Positions 52,140-64,000 of a stretch of DNA of 64,000 nucleotides are shown here, one piece after another. How positions within the stretch are numbered: the stretch's first letter is position 1; each line of letters begins with the position of its first letter. The DNA is from Hemiscyllium ocellatum (taxonomy: Eukaryota). The DNA lies in contig NC_083409.1 of the NCBI RefSeq assembly GCF_020745735.1, positions 13,453,259 to 13,517,258 on the forward strand. The letters are read 5' to 3'. Both the position numbers and the translations under genes were made by a program. The notes under the pieces are model-generated. The model was given only the letters and a program-made list of their open reading frames with translations. It was not told the DNA's origin and ran no database searches.

Positions 52140-52939
52140 GGGACTGTCAGAAGGACTGATACTCTAGGACCTGATTCTGAATAACAACCTGCGAACCAAC
52201 CCCCTCCTTCTGTCATCCTCAATCTCCCCATGCTTACGCTTGATGCCCCTTCGATCCAGCTTGTGCTGCCTTTGGGAGAGGCTGACCTTCCCTCCCTACC
52301 TCACCCAGGAACATGGTCATCATCCTAAAGGAGCACAGTCACGTTTTTAACCTGAGGGGCATCACAGCTGGGACAGGAGGAGAGAACTTGGCACCTTCAT
52401 GGTGGTCATACCTGTCATTAATCCACTGCAACCTCTCTTGGGGCTGCAAGAATTCAACCTCCCTCCCACCCTGGAATGTAATATTGCTGCTTCTAATTTT
52501 GGGCTAATTAACAACTGAAATACAACTATGGTGAGCCAGCATTGGCTGGGCAGGCAGCCACTACTGCTCTGAGCCTGTATCCAGAAAATCCCCTTGTAAT
52601 TGGGCAACTCATTAGGGAGCACAGTGCCCACTGCCTCTGAAATCACTCCCTTACCGAGAATACACTCTCAGCTGCCATCTGAATATACTATAAACTCTGT
52701 CCTGTGATCCTGCCCCTCCATCTACATGAGGAAGGAACAGCGCACCGAGTCCTTCTACTTCCAAATAAACCTGTTTGACTCAAACCTGGTATTGTGTGCT
52801 TTTTAACTTTGGCCATCTGAATGAACTGCCTCTCAGACTGAATTAGCTGAGCTGATTCCTGATTTGAGAAGATTAAAGTCTAATCTTCAATCCCCAGCAC
52901 AAAGCCCATTCTCAATCCATCGCTCGGAGACACAGACCT

Positions 52940-53160
52940 CAGAGACACCTACAGGCAGCACAGAGTAACACACTCGCACTGAGAGAAACACCTACAGGTT
53001 GCACTAAGTAACACACTCGCACTGAGAGAGACACCTACAGGCTGCACTAAGTAACACACTCGCACTGACAGAGACACCTACAGGCAGCACTAAGTAACAC
53101 ACTCACACTGAGAGAGACACCTACAGGCTGCATAAAGTTAAACACTCACACTGTGAGAGA
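52940..53160 (+). repeat. 43-bp minisatellite, about 5 copies
   Basis: Unit gagagacacctacaggctgcactaagtaacacactcgcactga. Confidence 0.9.
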
Positions 53161-54036
53161 CACAGCCGACAAAGTCTGTGAATGACTGAAGATTGTTTCA
53201 GGGGCTACCCAACATGCCACAGAGATTGCACAGTGCAATCCCATCAGCTGGGCCTGGAGGGAATGCGTCAGATTGTACTTATTGAGTCCTAACAACTTTC
53301 AGTTTCTGTTCTTTTTGGAATCTTGTAACCTGCATAAATTCCTGACCAAAGGAATTATGTGAAAATGATTAATGAATGATGATTGTAATTGATTGACAAG
53401 CCAAGCAACCAATTATGACAATGACCTGCTGAAATGCAGCCAATCAACTGAGCGGCGGGAAAGGTCATCTATTTCCAAAGCACACAGAGACAGAGACTGA
53501 ATCTTCATCTTTATTCCCTTTTTCAGAATCACATTGACAGAAAAAAAACTGCAATTAACAGCCCAGACAGAGAAAGCTGCTCAAAATCACAGCCACAATT
53601 GAGTTTAAGGAAAACACTGTGGAGATTTGCTCAATAACATGAGAATTCTGTCCCTTTAAACAGTGACAAAACCTTAAATTGGAACTGACAGCTAAGCAGG
53701 AAGAAGATCTGGTTTAATGAAGCAGAGACTTCTGAGGTTCACATTGTTTTGTACAGCTGACAGTCTTCAGCAAATTCAAGAGAATTTACTTGGCATACAG
53801 TCAACACTTCCGCATCAAACACTCCCCGGACAAGGACAGCATGAACTTTGACATAGTGTAATGTCTCTCAAAACTGTCGCAGTGACCGACTTCAACATCC
53901 AAACCTCAGACGTATCTCTGAGCCAGTCCTGACAAGGAAGGGAGTTGAAATTCAGTGCTAACAATGACCTTTGTCCTGCCAGCTCAGCTCTATTCTAAGT
54001 AAAGTTGTGTCTCCTCTGTGGACTGTCTCCAACACT

Positions 54037-54364
54037 TTACACACATTCTGATCTGCTGATGCTCTCTCTGAGGGAGACGGGAGGGTCACATGGGTGAGGG
54101 CACAGGACAAACGAGCGTCGGACTCCCAGTCAGACCCAGAGAGGGTCAGCAGGCTGCTGACACTGTAGGTGCTGTTCAAAGTTCGCAGGTAGTTGCTGGT
54201 CTGAACCCCGTCCGAAATGACTGCACCATCCTTCTTCCACTGCACCTCCAGCTCATCGGGATAGAAGTGATTGGCAAGGCACACCAGGGTGGCAGTGCCC
54301 TTGGCATTGACCTGCTCCAGGGAGGGGGGCAGCAGGGTCAGCTTGGGCTGAGAGTTCTCACGGC
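54037..54364 (-). pseudogene. IGKC: Immunoglobulin light-chain constant exon, shark type III (kappa-like), with terminal frameshift
   Basis: tttcag|GCCGT acceptor; RENSQPKLTLLPPS..ATLVCLANHFYPDELEVQWKKDG..TYSVSSLLTLSGSDWESDARLSCALTHVTL is a C1-set Ig domain. The native end (L-R-E-S-I-S-R-S-E-C-V-stop) lies one base out of frame. A candidate AATAAA is at 53510-53515. Confidence 0.85.
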
Positions 54365-54589
54365 CTGAAAGACAAGAGAAACAATTTTAATCCCTGCCAA
54401 ACAAATGGATTTTGACTCTCAGTATATTCACTGGCAATACAATCTTATTGACCATTTATAGTCAATACAGAATAAACTCGACAAAAGAACAGGTATTGTT
54501 TAAATTGCTTCTTGGGATATGAGAGTCACTGCCAGGACCAGCATTTATTGCCCATCCCTAATTGCCCCGGAGAAGGTGATGGTGAAAGA

Positions 54590-55790
54590 GAAGGGACAGT
54601 TTTAGACCATTGTTTAGGGAATAAATATGGGCAGCTGGAAGGACTATCAATGGGAGAGCATTTCAGTGACAGTGATCAGAACTCAGTGAGACTGAGAGTA
54701 GGGATGGAAATGGAGAACAATGGAGCAAGTGTAAAAGATTTCATTTGGGAATGTACTATTTTACTAAACTGTGCAGTGATTTAGCAAAAGTGGACTGAAA
54801 CTGTGGATGGAATATCAGTGTCAGGGCCTCGAATGATGAGACAGAGATTGTTCAGAATCTGTTCCCACAATGAGTAAGGGTGGGACTCCCAAATCTAGAC
54901 TCTCAGCCTGGGATGTCAAAAGGCAGCAGAGTAGGGAAGACCAAACAGTGATGGTGATGTTGGTTATCTGGAGATCAAACCTGCAGAAAGCTGAGAGGAG
55001 GATAGAAAATGCAGGGGTGACATTGAACAGGACCTGAGGAAAGCAAAGAGCTGACAGGATGAAGTATGTCCAACTGAATCAGGGAAATCCCAATGAACAA
55101 GAGGATTGGGGGTCATGTACTGACATGGATTGGGAACTGGTTGGCAGACAGGACAGAAACAACAAGTCTTTTCCTGAATGGCAGGTAGTTACCAATTGTC
55201 ATACTACAGGGGTCAGTCCTTGGTAACCCAGTTATTCATAATATACAATCATAGAATCATAGAGACCCAAAAGGCCCATCAGCCCATTGTGTCCATACTG
55301 ATCAAAAAATAACAACCCAATAATTCTCATCCATTCTTCCAGCATGAGGGAATTAGATGTGGTATGTGTTCAAGAAGGAATTAGATATTGTTCTTAGGAT
55401 TAAAGGGATCAAAGAATGTGGGGAGAAAGCAGGAACAGGGGATTGTGTTGGATGATCAGCCATGATCATATTGAATGGTGGAGCATTCGAGGTGTGTAAA
55501 ATGATGAGGGCCCTGGACAGAGTGGGTAGGAAGGACTGATTTCCATCAGCAGAAAAGCAATAGCCATGGAGAGAGATTGAAATGAATTGGGGCAGGGTTT
55601 GAGGGGAGTTGAGGAGTAACTGTTTCCACCCAGAGGCTGGTGAGAACTGGGACTTACTGACTGAAAGGGTGGGAGAGGCCAAAACCATCATCACATTGAA
55701 AAAACACTTGGTCATTCACTTGAAACAGCGAAGCCTCCAGAGCTATGGAGCAAAAGCTGGAAAGTGGGATGGAGCTCAATACATCTTTAA
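54590..55790 (+). mobile_element. Cluster of decayed CR1 fragments
   Basis: LDHCLGN..GQ..GEHFSDSDQN endonuclease remnant, RT remnants and 3' ends. Confidence 0.65.
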
Positions 55791-56324
55791 CAAACCTGCT
55801 ATCACCCACAGATCAGGAGAACTTTATCCGAGAACATTGGAGCAGACTTGGATCCACACACTTCATTGGGTGTCCATGTGGAAGGTTCCAGATTACATTT
55901 CAAACCTTGCTGCACACGAATGGGCTGGAATCAAGGGTGAGGCTACAAAGAGTCTCACTGCCCCAGGGTCAGCCAAGGTCACTTCTCCTAATGACTCAAT
56001 GACCCCTGGAAGGTGAGAGTACACGGACAATGGGTGATGGTCAGGATCAGGAAGCTCCAACCTTAAAGAAAGACTTGAATTTGTGTAGCACCTGTTCCCA
56101 ACTCAGGATGCCCCAATGGCTCTTTCCAGCAGAGTGTGCACAGTAAGATCCCAAACACATTATGATAATTAGCAGGGAAATAGATTTTTATTGATTTTGA
56201 TTGGGGTATAAGTATTGACCAGGGCACTGGGGGAACTGCCTGCTCTTCCTCCAATGGTGTCATGGAATGGCATCTTTCACAACTGAAGGATTCCCAGTTC
56301 ATCCAAAAAAAAGTATAGTTCCTT

Positions 56325-56995
56325 CAAAGTGGAGTTGCAGGTCGATAGTGTGGTGAAGAGGTTGTTCGGTGTACTTTCCTTTATTGGGCAGTGCATTGAG
56401 TATTGGAGTTGGGAGCTGTTGCGGCTGTACAGGACATTCGTTCGGGCACTTTGGGAATACTGTGTGCAATTCTGGTCTCCCTGCTACAGGAATAATGTTG
56501 TAAATCTTAAAATGCTTCAGAAAAGATTTACAAAGATGTTGCCAGGGTCGGAGGGTTTGAGCTATCTGGAGAGGCTGAATAGGCTGAGGCTATTTTCCCT
56601 GCAACTTTGGAGGCTGAGGGGTGACAATATAATGGTTCATAAAATCTTGAGGGGCATAGATAGGGTGAATAGAGAAGATCTTTTCTCCAGAGTGGGGCAG
56701 TTGAAAACTAGAAGGCATAGGTTGAAGGTGACAGGGGAAAGATTTAAAAGGGACTTAAGGGCCAACCTTTTCATAAGGAGGGTGGTACATGTATGGAATG
56801 AGCTGCCAGAGGAAGTGGTGGAGGCTGGTAGAATTACAGCATTTACAAGGCATCTGGATGGGTATATGAACAGGAAGAGTTCAGAGGGATATGGGCTAAA
56901 TGCTGGCAAAGGGGACTAGATTAATTTCGGATATCTGGTCAGCATTGATGAGTTGGATTGAAGGGTTGGTTTCCGTGCTGTACAAATCTCTGACT
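56325..56995 (+). mobile_element. CR1 3' fragment
   Basis: ORF 56329-56919 with EYCVQFWSP and HVWNELP, plus the 3' UTR. Confidence 0.9.
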
Positions 56996-57379
56996 CCAAC
57001 TGAAGTTCACTTGAACCCTTAACACCTCAGGCTCTCCCAAAGACATTTATTGACAGTTTTGTTTGAAAACCAGTCACTGTTACAATGTCGGGAAAGTGGC
57101 AGCCAGTTTCTACTCAGCAAGATCCCATAAAAAGCAATGAGATCAAAGACCACTGTTAATGATGATGGTTCAAAGATAAATATTGTCCTGAACTCAACCC
57201 AAAGACCCAACAATTGGGTTCAGTTGGATGGAAGATGAGGAAATAGAGTGGAAAGGAGCAGGTAGGTTGGTGGTTAGTGATGGGATTGATTGTTACCAGA
57301 AAATAAAAGGAAGGGGCAGAATTTTTGAATATCAAAGGAACCTTGAAAGTGCAGGGAAAATCAATAATAGAACAAACTC

Positions 57380-59335
57380 AAAGAGTTTTTATCTAAATGT
57401 GTGAACCATTCCGAATAAGGGAGACAAAGTGATGCCACAAATTGAGGTAAATTGAGTTCCCAAGGGATTTAAACTAGTTAAAGTGGAGGAGGGCTCATGA
57501 GAAGTTATTCAGGTTTCTAGAAGATGTAATAGGACCGAGAATATGGAAAGGATCAGGAGTTGAACATCGAACACAAGAGTTAAGAGGACAATGATGAGAA
57601 GGAAGGCAATCAGTGCAGGACTGAGGGTGTTGGACTTAAATGCACACAGTATACACAATGGGCTTGTAGTACAGATTGAAACTGGCAGGTACGATGTTGT
57701 GGGTATCACAGGGACATGGCTGTAAGGGGATCCGGGCTGGGAACTAAATATCCAAGGTTACATGTCCTATCAAAAGGACAGGCAGATGGGCAGAGGGGCA
57801 AGAGTTGCCTTGTTAGTAAGAAATGAAATTAAATCAATAGCAAGAAGTGATATAGAGTCAGAAGGTGTAGAATCTGGGTGAGTAGAGTTGAGGAACCTCA
57901 AGAGATAAAGAATCTGATTAAAGTTATGTCCAGGTCTCCAAGCAGTAATCAGGATCATGATCAGGAGGGGACAATGGGGAACACAATAATCTGATGCAAA
58001 TTCCCCATCAACGCTCATCCATCCCTTAGGCACAGCAAGATCACAAGCCAAGAAATTCAAATCAACTGTTTGGGAGCCAGAGCCACTGGGAACCCTATAT
58101 TGATGAATATGACCAGCAGGACCTTGTTACTCAGAATAACAATTGCACAATAACAATTTGGGAAATAAATATTCCATAAATTAGACCTGGGTTTTCTTTA
58201 CTCTTCAAATGAGATGGAATTGTCCCGTGTGTCCTTGGGGTCAGAATTGGCTGTGTTGGAGGAGACAGAGGATAGTGATGAGAGGATGGTTTTCAGAATG
58301 GAGGGCTGTGACTCGTGGGGTTCCACAGGGAACTCTGCTGTATATGGTCTACATAAATGATTTGGAGGAAAGCGTAGCTGGTCTAATTAGTAAGTTTACA
58401 ATTGATACAAAGATTGGTAGAATTGGAGATAATGAGAAGGATTATCTAGGATATGGCAGGATAGAGATCAGTTGGATGCTTGGACAGAAAAATGGCAGGT
58501 GTAGTTTAATCCAGACAAATGTGAGGTGATGCATTTTGAAAGGTGATGTACAGGTGGGAATTATATAATGAATGGCAGAATCCTTTGAAGTTTTGATATA
58601 CAGAGGGATCTGGGTGTGTATGTTCACAGATCACTGAAGGTGCCAGCACAGGGAGGTAAGGCAGTAAAAAAGGCTTAGGGCATGCTTGCCTTCATTGGAA
58701 GATGCATTGAGTGTAAGGATAGACAAGTTATGCTGCAGGTTTATAGAACTTTATTCCGGCCACGCTTGGAATATGGTATACTGTTCTGATTGCATATAAC
58801 TGCATACAGTCCAAAAAGAAGGATGTGGATGTTTTGAAGATGGTGCAGAAAATGTTTACCAGAATATTGTCTGGTATGGGGGGATTATAGTTCTGAAGAA
58901 AGGTTGGAGAGACTGAGTTTGTTTTCACTGGAATGCAGGGAAATGAGGTGCATCCTGATAGAAGTTTACAGAGTTGTGAATGGGATAGGCAGAGTGGAAA
59001 ATATGAGGCCTTTTCCCAGGGTGGAGGGGTCAAATACTAGGGGACGCAGGTTCAAGGTGCAGGGGTTTGGGGGGAATTAATTGTAAAGAGATGTACAAAC
59101 CAAGTATTTCACACAAAGGGAGTTGAGTACCTGGAACACACTGCCAGAGGAGGGAGTGGAAGCAGACACAATAGAAGTATTCAAGAAATACCTGCACTAA
59201 TGTATGAATAGGAACGGAATAGAGGGATATGAATCCTGTTGATGAAGATAGTTTCAGTATAGAAGGGCAAAATGTATCAGCACAGGCTTGGAGGGCCGAA
59301 GGGCCTGTTCCTGTGCTGTATTGTTCCTTGTTCTT
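57380..59335 (+). mobile_element. CR1 with internal deletion, decayed
   Basis: Endonuclease remnant near 57600-58000, RT remnant (GVPQG) from ~58250, and 3' tail. Confidence 0.8.
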
Positions 59336-59699
59336 TGGTCCCTGCTGTTGAATTGGATTCTCGGGAGCCAGCTCCATATGAAGAGCCTGTTCTCATTCTT
59401 TTGTTGGAGTTCATGGGGCAGCTGCTGCTTCCTTGCTACGTCACTGATCAAACCAACAATGGGGAAAGCCTCTTGATATTTTAAGTACACTGTCTGCAGG
59501 AAAATGTTTGGCTGAGGTTTTAATATTGTTTAATAAGATAATGATATCAATACACCAGTGTTTTTTACAGCTAGGAACATTTAACATCATAAGCCTTGTT
59601 TTAAATGGACTCTCACTCATGATAATTCTGTTTTCAATGTTTCTCTCCCTTTATGTGTTATGAAGAGATTTGCCAACATGTTTTGGTGAGGACAGTGCA

Positions 59700-60870
59700 T
59701 CTTCATTGGAAGATTGGAAGATTATATCTTCAGGACACACGCACTAAACAACCCCACCACCCTGTGGCTGACCATTTCAACTCCCCCTCTCACTTGCTAA
59801 GGATATGCAAGTCCTTAGGCCTCCTCCGCTGCCAAATTGAAGCCATCTAACAACTGGAGGAAGAGCACCACATCTTCCACCTTGAGACCCTCCAATGACA
59901 TGGAATCAATGTTATAGAGTCATAGAGTCATGGAGATGTACAGCATGGAAACAGACCCTTCGATCCAACCCGTCCATGCCAACCAGATATCCCAACCCAA
60001 TCTAGTCCCACCTGCCAGCACCCGGCCCATATCCCTCCAAACCCTTCCTATTCATATACACATTCAAATGCCTCTTAAATGTTGCATTTGTACCAGCCTC
60101 CACCACATCCGCTGGTAGCTCATACACGTACCACACTCTGCGTGAAAAAAGTTGCCCCTTAGGTCTCTTTTATATCTTTCCCCTCTCACCCTAAACCTAT
60201 GCCCTCTAGTTCTGGACTCCCCAACCACAAGGAAAAGACGTTGTCTATTTATCCTATCTATGCCCTTCATAATTTTGTAAACCTCTATCAGGTCACCCCT
60301 CAGCCTCTGACGCTCCAGGGAAAACAGCCCCAACCTGTTCAGCCTCTCCCTGTAGCTCAGATCCTCCAACCCTGGCAACATCCTTGTAAATCTTTTCTGA
60401 ACCCTTTCAATTTTCACAACATCTTTCCGATAGGAAGGAGACCAGAATTGTATGCACTATTCCAACAGTAGCCTAACCAATGTCTGTACAGCCGCAACAT
60501 GACCTCCCAACTCCTGTACTCAATACTCTGAATGTTGATGTTACTTGTTTCCTCATCTCCACTCCCCCAGCTTATCCCAGATCCAACCCTCCAACTTGGC
60601 ACCACCCTCTTGAACCTGTCCATCTTCCTTCCCACCTATCCACTCCACCCTTCACTCTGACCTATCACTGTCACCCCCCACCTCCACGTACCTATTGCAA
60701 TCTTCATTACCTTTTCCCCAACCCCAATTCCCTCCCATTTATCTCTCCGACTCCTCACTCCCTCCTCCCCATTCCCCTGATGAAGAGCTTATGCTCAAAA
60801 CATCGACTCTCCTGCTCCAGGGATACTGCCTGACCGGCCATGCTTTTCCAGCGCTACATGATTTCACTCT
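59700..60870 (+). mobile_element. PLE 3' remnant split by CR1
   Basis: HPVADHFNSPSH GIY-YIG C-terminal peptide, pyrimidine-rich 3' region, decayed hammerhead near 60778. Confidence 0.8.
59914..60530 (-). mobile_element. CR1 3' fragment inserted into a PLE remnant
   Basis: ERVQKRFTRMLPG peptide and (tctatgac)n tail; aatgtt duplicated at 59908-59913 and 60531-60536. Confidence 0.9.
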
Positions 60871-61049
60871 GTGCTGTGGTAACAGAGTGTTAAAGCCCAG
60901 CGCAGGTCATCCGTCATCTCAATCAGATCACAGGGTCTAAGGTTGGTCAGTAATGTCTGGCCCCAGGACAATAACACTGACTAACTGGAGACAACCCAGA
61001 TCAAGTCCCAGCGAGAGTGTTCTTGACATTCACACTCAAAGCCCACCAA

Positions 61050-64000
61050 GAAGGGGACAAACTGGATGTATAAAAAGGAAGTTGAAGGGAAAGTTAGAAC
61101 AAGAGAAGTCAAGAAGGACAACTGTAGCAATGAGGCAGAAAATTTGAAAAGGGATCATGCTGTAAGGTTGAGTGGAATAGGGGTTGATGGGAAGGGTGAG
61201 AGCAGTAACAAATTAAAAATACTGTATATGAATGCACGAAGCATTAGAAATAAGATGGATGAGCTTGAGGCTCCTTTGGAAATTGGCAGATACGATATTG
61301 TGGGGATAACTGAGACGTGGCTTCAAGTGGACAGGGCCTGGGAAATGAATATTCAAGGCTACACGTGCTATCGTAAGGACAGACTGACAGGCAGAGGGGG
61401 TGGAGTGGCCTTGTTGGTAAGGGAGGATATTCAGTCCCTTGCGCGGGGGGACCTAGAGTCAGGGGATGTAGAGTCAGTGTGGATAGAGCTGCGAAATACT
61501 AAAGGTAAAAAGACCCTCTTGGGAGTCATCTACAGGCCCCCAAACAGTAGTCTGGATGTCGGATGAAAGTTAAATCAGGAGCTGAAATTGACCTGTGGTA
61601 AAGATGTTACTACAGTTGTTATGGGGGATTTTAACATGCTGGTAGACTGGGAGAATCAGGATGGTATTGGACCTTATGAAAGAGACTTTGTGGAGTGCCT
61701 CAGAGATAGATTCTTAGAGCAGCTGGTGCTGGAGCCGACCAGGGAGAAGGCAATTCTGGATCTAATGTTGTGTAATGAACCAGAATTGGTCAGAGACCTC
61801 GAAGTGAAGGAGCCATTGGGAAGTAGTGACCATAATACAATAAGTTTCAATCTGCAATTTGAGAGGGAGAGGTACAGTCGGAAGTGACAGTACTTCTGTT
61901 GAATAAAGGGAACTATGGAGCTATGAGGGAGGAGCTGGCCAAAGTTCAATGGTGCAATACCTTAGCAGGGATGACCGTGGTGGAACAATGGCGGGTATTT
62001 CTGTGTATAATGCAGAAGTTGCAGGATCAGTTCATTCCTAAAAGGAAGAAAGATCCCAGGAGGAGGCATGTGCGGCCGTGGCTAACGAGGGAAGTTAAGA
62101 ACCATATAAAGTTAAAAGAGAAAAAGTATAACAGAGCAAAGATAAGTGGGAAAACAGAGGACTGGGAAGCTTTTAAAGAACAACAGAGGATTACTAAGAA
62201 GGAAATACGCAGAGGCAAAATGAGGTACGAAGGTAAACTGGCCAATAATATAAAGGAAGATAGTAAAAGCTTTTTCAAGTATGTGCAATGCAAAAAAATG
62301 GTTATGACTAAAATTGGGCCCTTGAAGACAGAAACAGTGGAATATATTACAGGGAACAAAGAAATGGCAGAAGAATTAAATGGGTACTTCAGATCTGTGT
62401 TCACTGGGGAAGACACAAGCAATCTCCCTGAGGTAACAGTGACTGAAGGACCTGAACTTAAGGGAATCTGTATTTGCCAGGATTTGGTGTTGGAGAGACT
62501 GTTAGGTCTGAAGGTTGATAAGTCCCCGGGGCCTGATGGTCTACATCCCAGGGTACTGAAGGAGGTGGCTCGGGAAATCGTGGATACGTTGGTGATGATT
62601 TTCCAGAATTCGATAGATTCGGGATCGGTACCTGAGGATTGGAGAGTGGCTAAAGTTATACCACTTTTTAAGAAAGATGGGAGAGAGAAAGCAGGAAATT
62701 ATAGACCAGTTAGTCTGACCTCAGTGGTGGGAAAGATGCTGGAGTCTATTATAAAGGATGAGATTACAGCACATCTGGATGGTAGTATCAGGATAAGACA
62801 GAGTCAGCATGGATTTATAAAGAGGAAATCGTGCTTGACTAATCTTCTGGAGTTTTTTGAGGATGTAACTCTGAGGATGGATGAGGGAGATCCAGTAGAT
62901 GTAGTGTACCTGGACTTTCAGAAAGCTTTTGATAAAGTTCCACATAGGAGGTTAGTGAGTAAACTTAGGGCGCATGGTATTGGGGACAAAGTACTAGATT
63001 GGATTTAAAATTGGTTGGCTGATAGGAAACATTGGGTAGTGATAAACGGCTCCATTTCAGAATGGCAGGCAGTGACCAGTGGGGACCGCAAGGATCCGTG
63101 CTGGGACCACAGCTTTTTACAATATATGTTAATTATATAGAAGATGGTATCAGCAATAACATTAGCAAATTTGCTGATGATACAAAGCTGGGTGGCAGGG
63201 TGAAATGTGATGAGGATGTTAGGAGATTACAGGGTGACCTGGACAAGTTAGATGAGTGGGCAGATGCATGGCAGATGCAGTTTAATGTGGATAAATGTAT
63301 GGTTATCCACTTTGGTGGCAAGAACAGGAAGGCAGATTACTACCTCAATGGAATTAATTTAGGTAAAGGGGCAGTACAGAGAGATCTGGGTGTTCTTGTA
63401 CACCAGTCAATAAAGGCAAGCATGCAGTTACAGCAGGTAGTGAAGAAGGCTAATAGCATGCTGGCCTTCATAACAAGAGGGATTGAGTATAGGAGCAAAG
63501 AGGTGCTTCTGCAGCTGTACAGGGCCCTGGTGAGACCACACCGGGAGTACGGTGTGTAGTTCTGGTCGCCAAATTTGAGGAAGGACATTTTGGCTATTGA
63601 GGGGGTGCAGCGTAGGTTCACGAGGTCAATTCTGGAATGGCGGGATTACCTTACACTGAAAGACTGAAGCGACTGGGCTTGTATACCCTTGAGTTTAGAA
63701 GACTGAGAGGGGATCTGATTGAGACATATACGACTATAAAAGGATTGGACACTCTGGCAGCAGGAAACATGTTTCCGCTGATGGGTGAGTGCCAAACCAG
63801 AGGACACAGCTTAAAAATTTAGGACAGAGATGAGGAGAAACTTCTTCACCCAGAGAGTGATGGCTGTATGAAATGCTCTGCCCCAGAGGACAGTGGAGGC
63901 CCAGTCTCTGGATTCATTTAAGAAAGAGTTGGATAGAGCTCTCAAAGATAGTGGAATCAAGGGTTATGGAGATAAGGCAGGGAGTGGATACTGATTAGGA
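61050..64000 (+). mobile_element. Near full-length CR1 ORF2 (APE endonuclease + RT), decayed
   Basis: YMNARS, GITETW, YRPP, GDFN and SDH endonuclease motifs; RT with QGSVLGP and FADD; stops at 61564 and 63006 plus frameshifts; runs off the window. Confidence 0.95.

Noticed and set aside
55790-56020. Possible plus-strand exon ending ag|gtgaga
   Set aside because: No recognisable peptide in any frame and no clear acceptor.

Overview
This window is repeat-rich cartilaginous-fish (shark-type) genomic DNA, judged from HE1/V-SINEs, Deu-type SINEs, many CR1 LINEs and a shark-type Ig light-chain C exon. (1) The minus strand from 1433 to 26975 carries 14 exons of a CEP350-like gene. It appears to lack roughly 1,100 central codons yet stays in splice phase across the gap, keeps an open spliced frame of about 620 codons, then hits a 1-bp frameshift near 2562. 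It is most likely a derived duplicate or pseudogene. (2) A ~1.09-kb higher-order tandem repeat lies at 28179-30697. (3) An LTR-like segment (38951-39509) precedes an orphan, decayed gamma-type retroviral env (~41200-44938) with no gag/pol. The env is split by a young CR1 whose RT frame is fused in-frame to env SU. (4) Several Penelope-like elements (PLEs) and their head-to-head terminal remnants carry minimal hammerhead-ribozyme motifs. (5) A Tx1-type LINE 3' end with a 10-bp TSD lies at 51031-52139. (6) An Ig light-chain constant exon of the kappa/type III kind (54037-54364, minus) has a 1-bp frameshift just before the terminal Cys, and I saw no J or RSS upstream. Protein comparisons rely on remembered family sequences; no searches were run. 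TE boundaries without a TSD are approximate.
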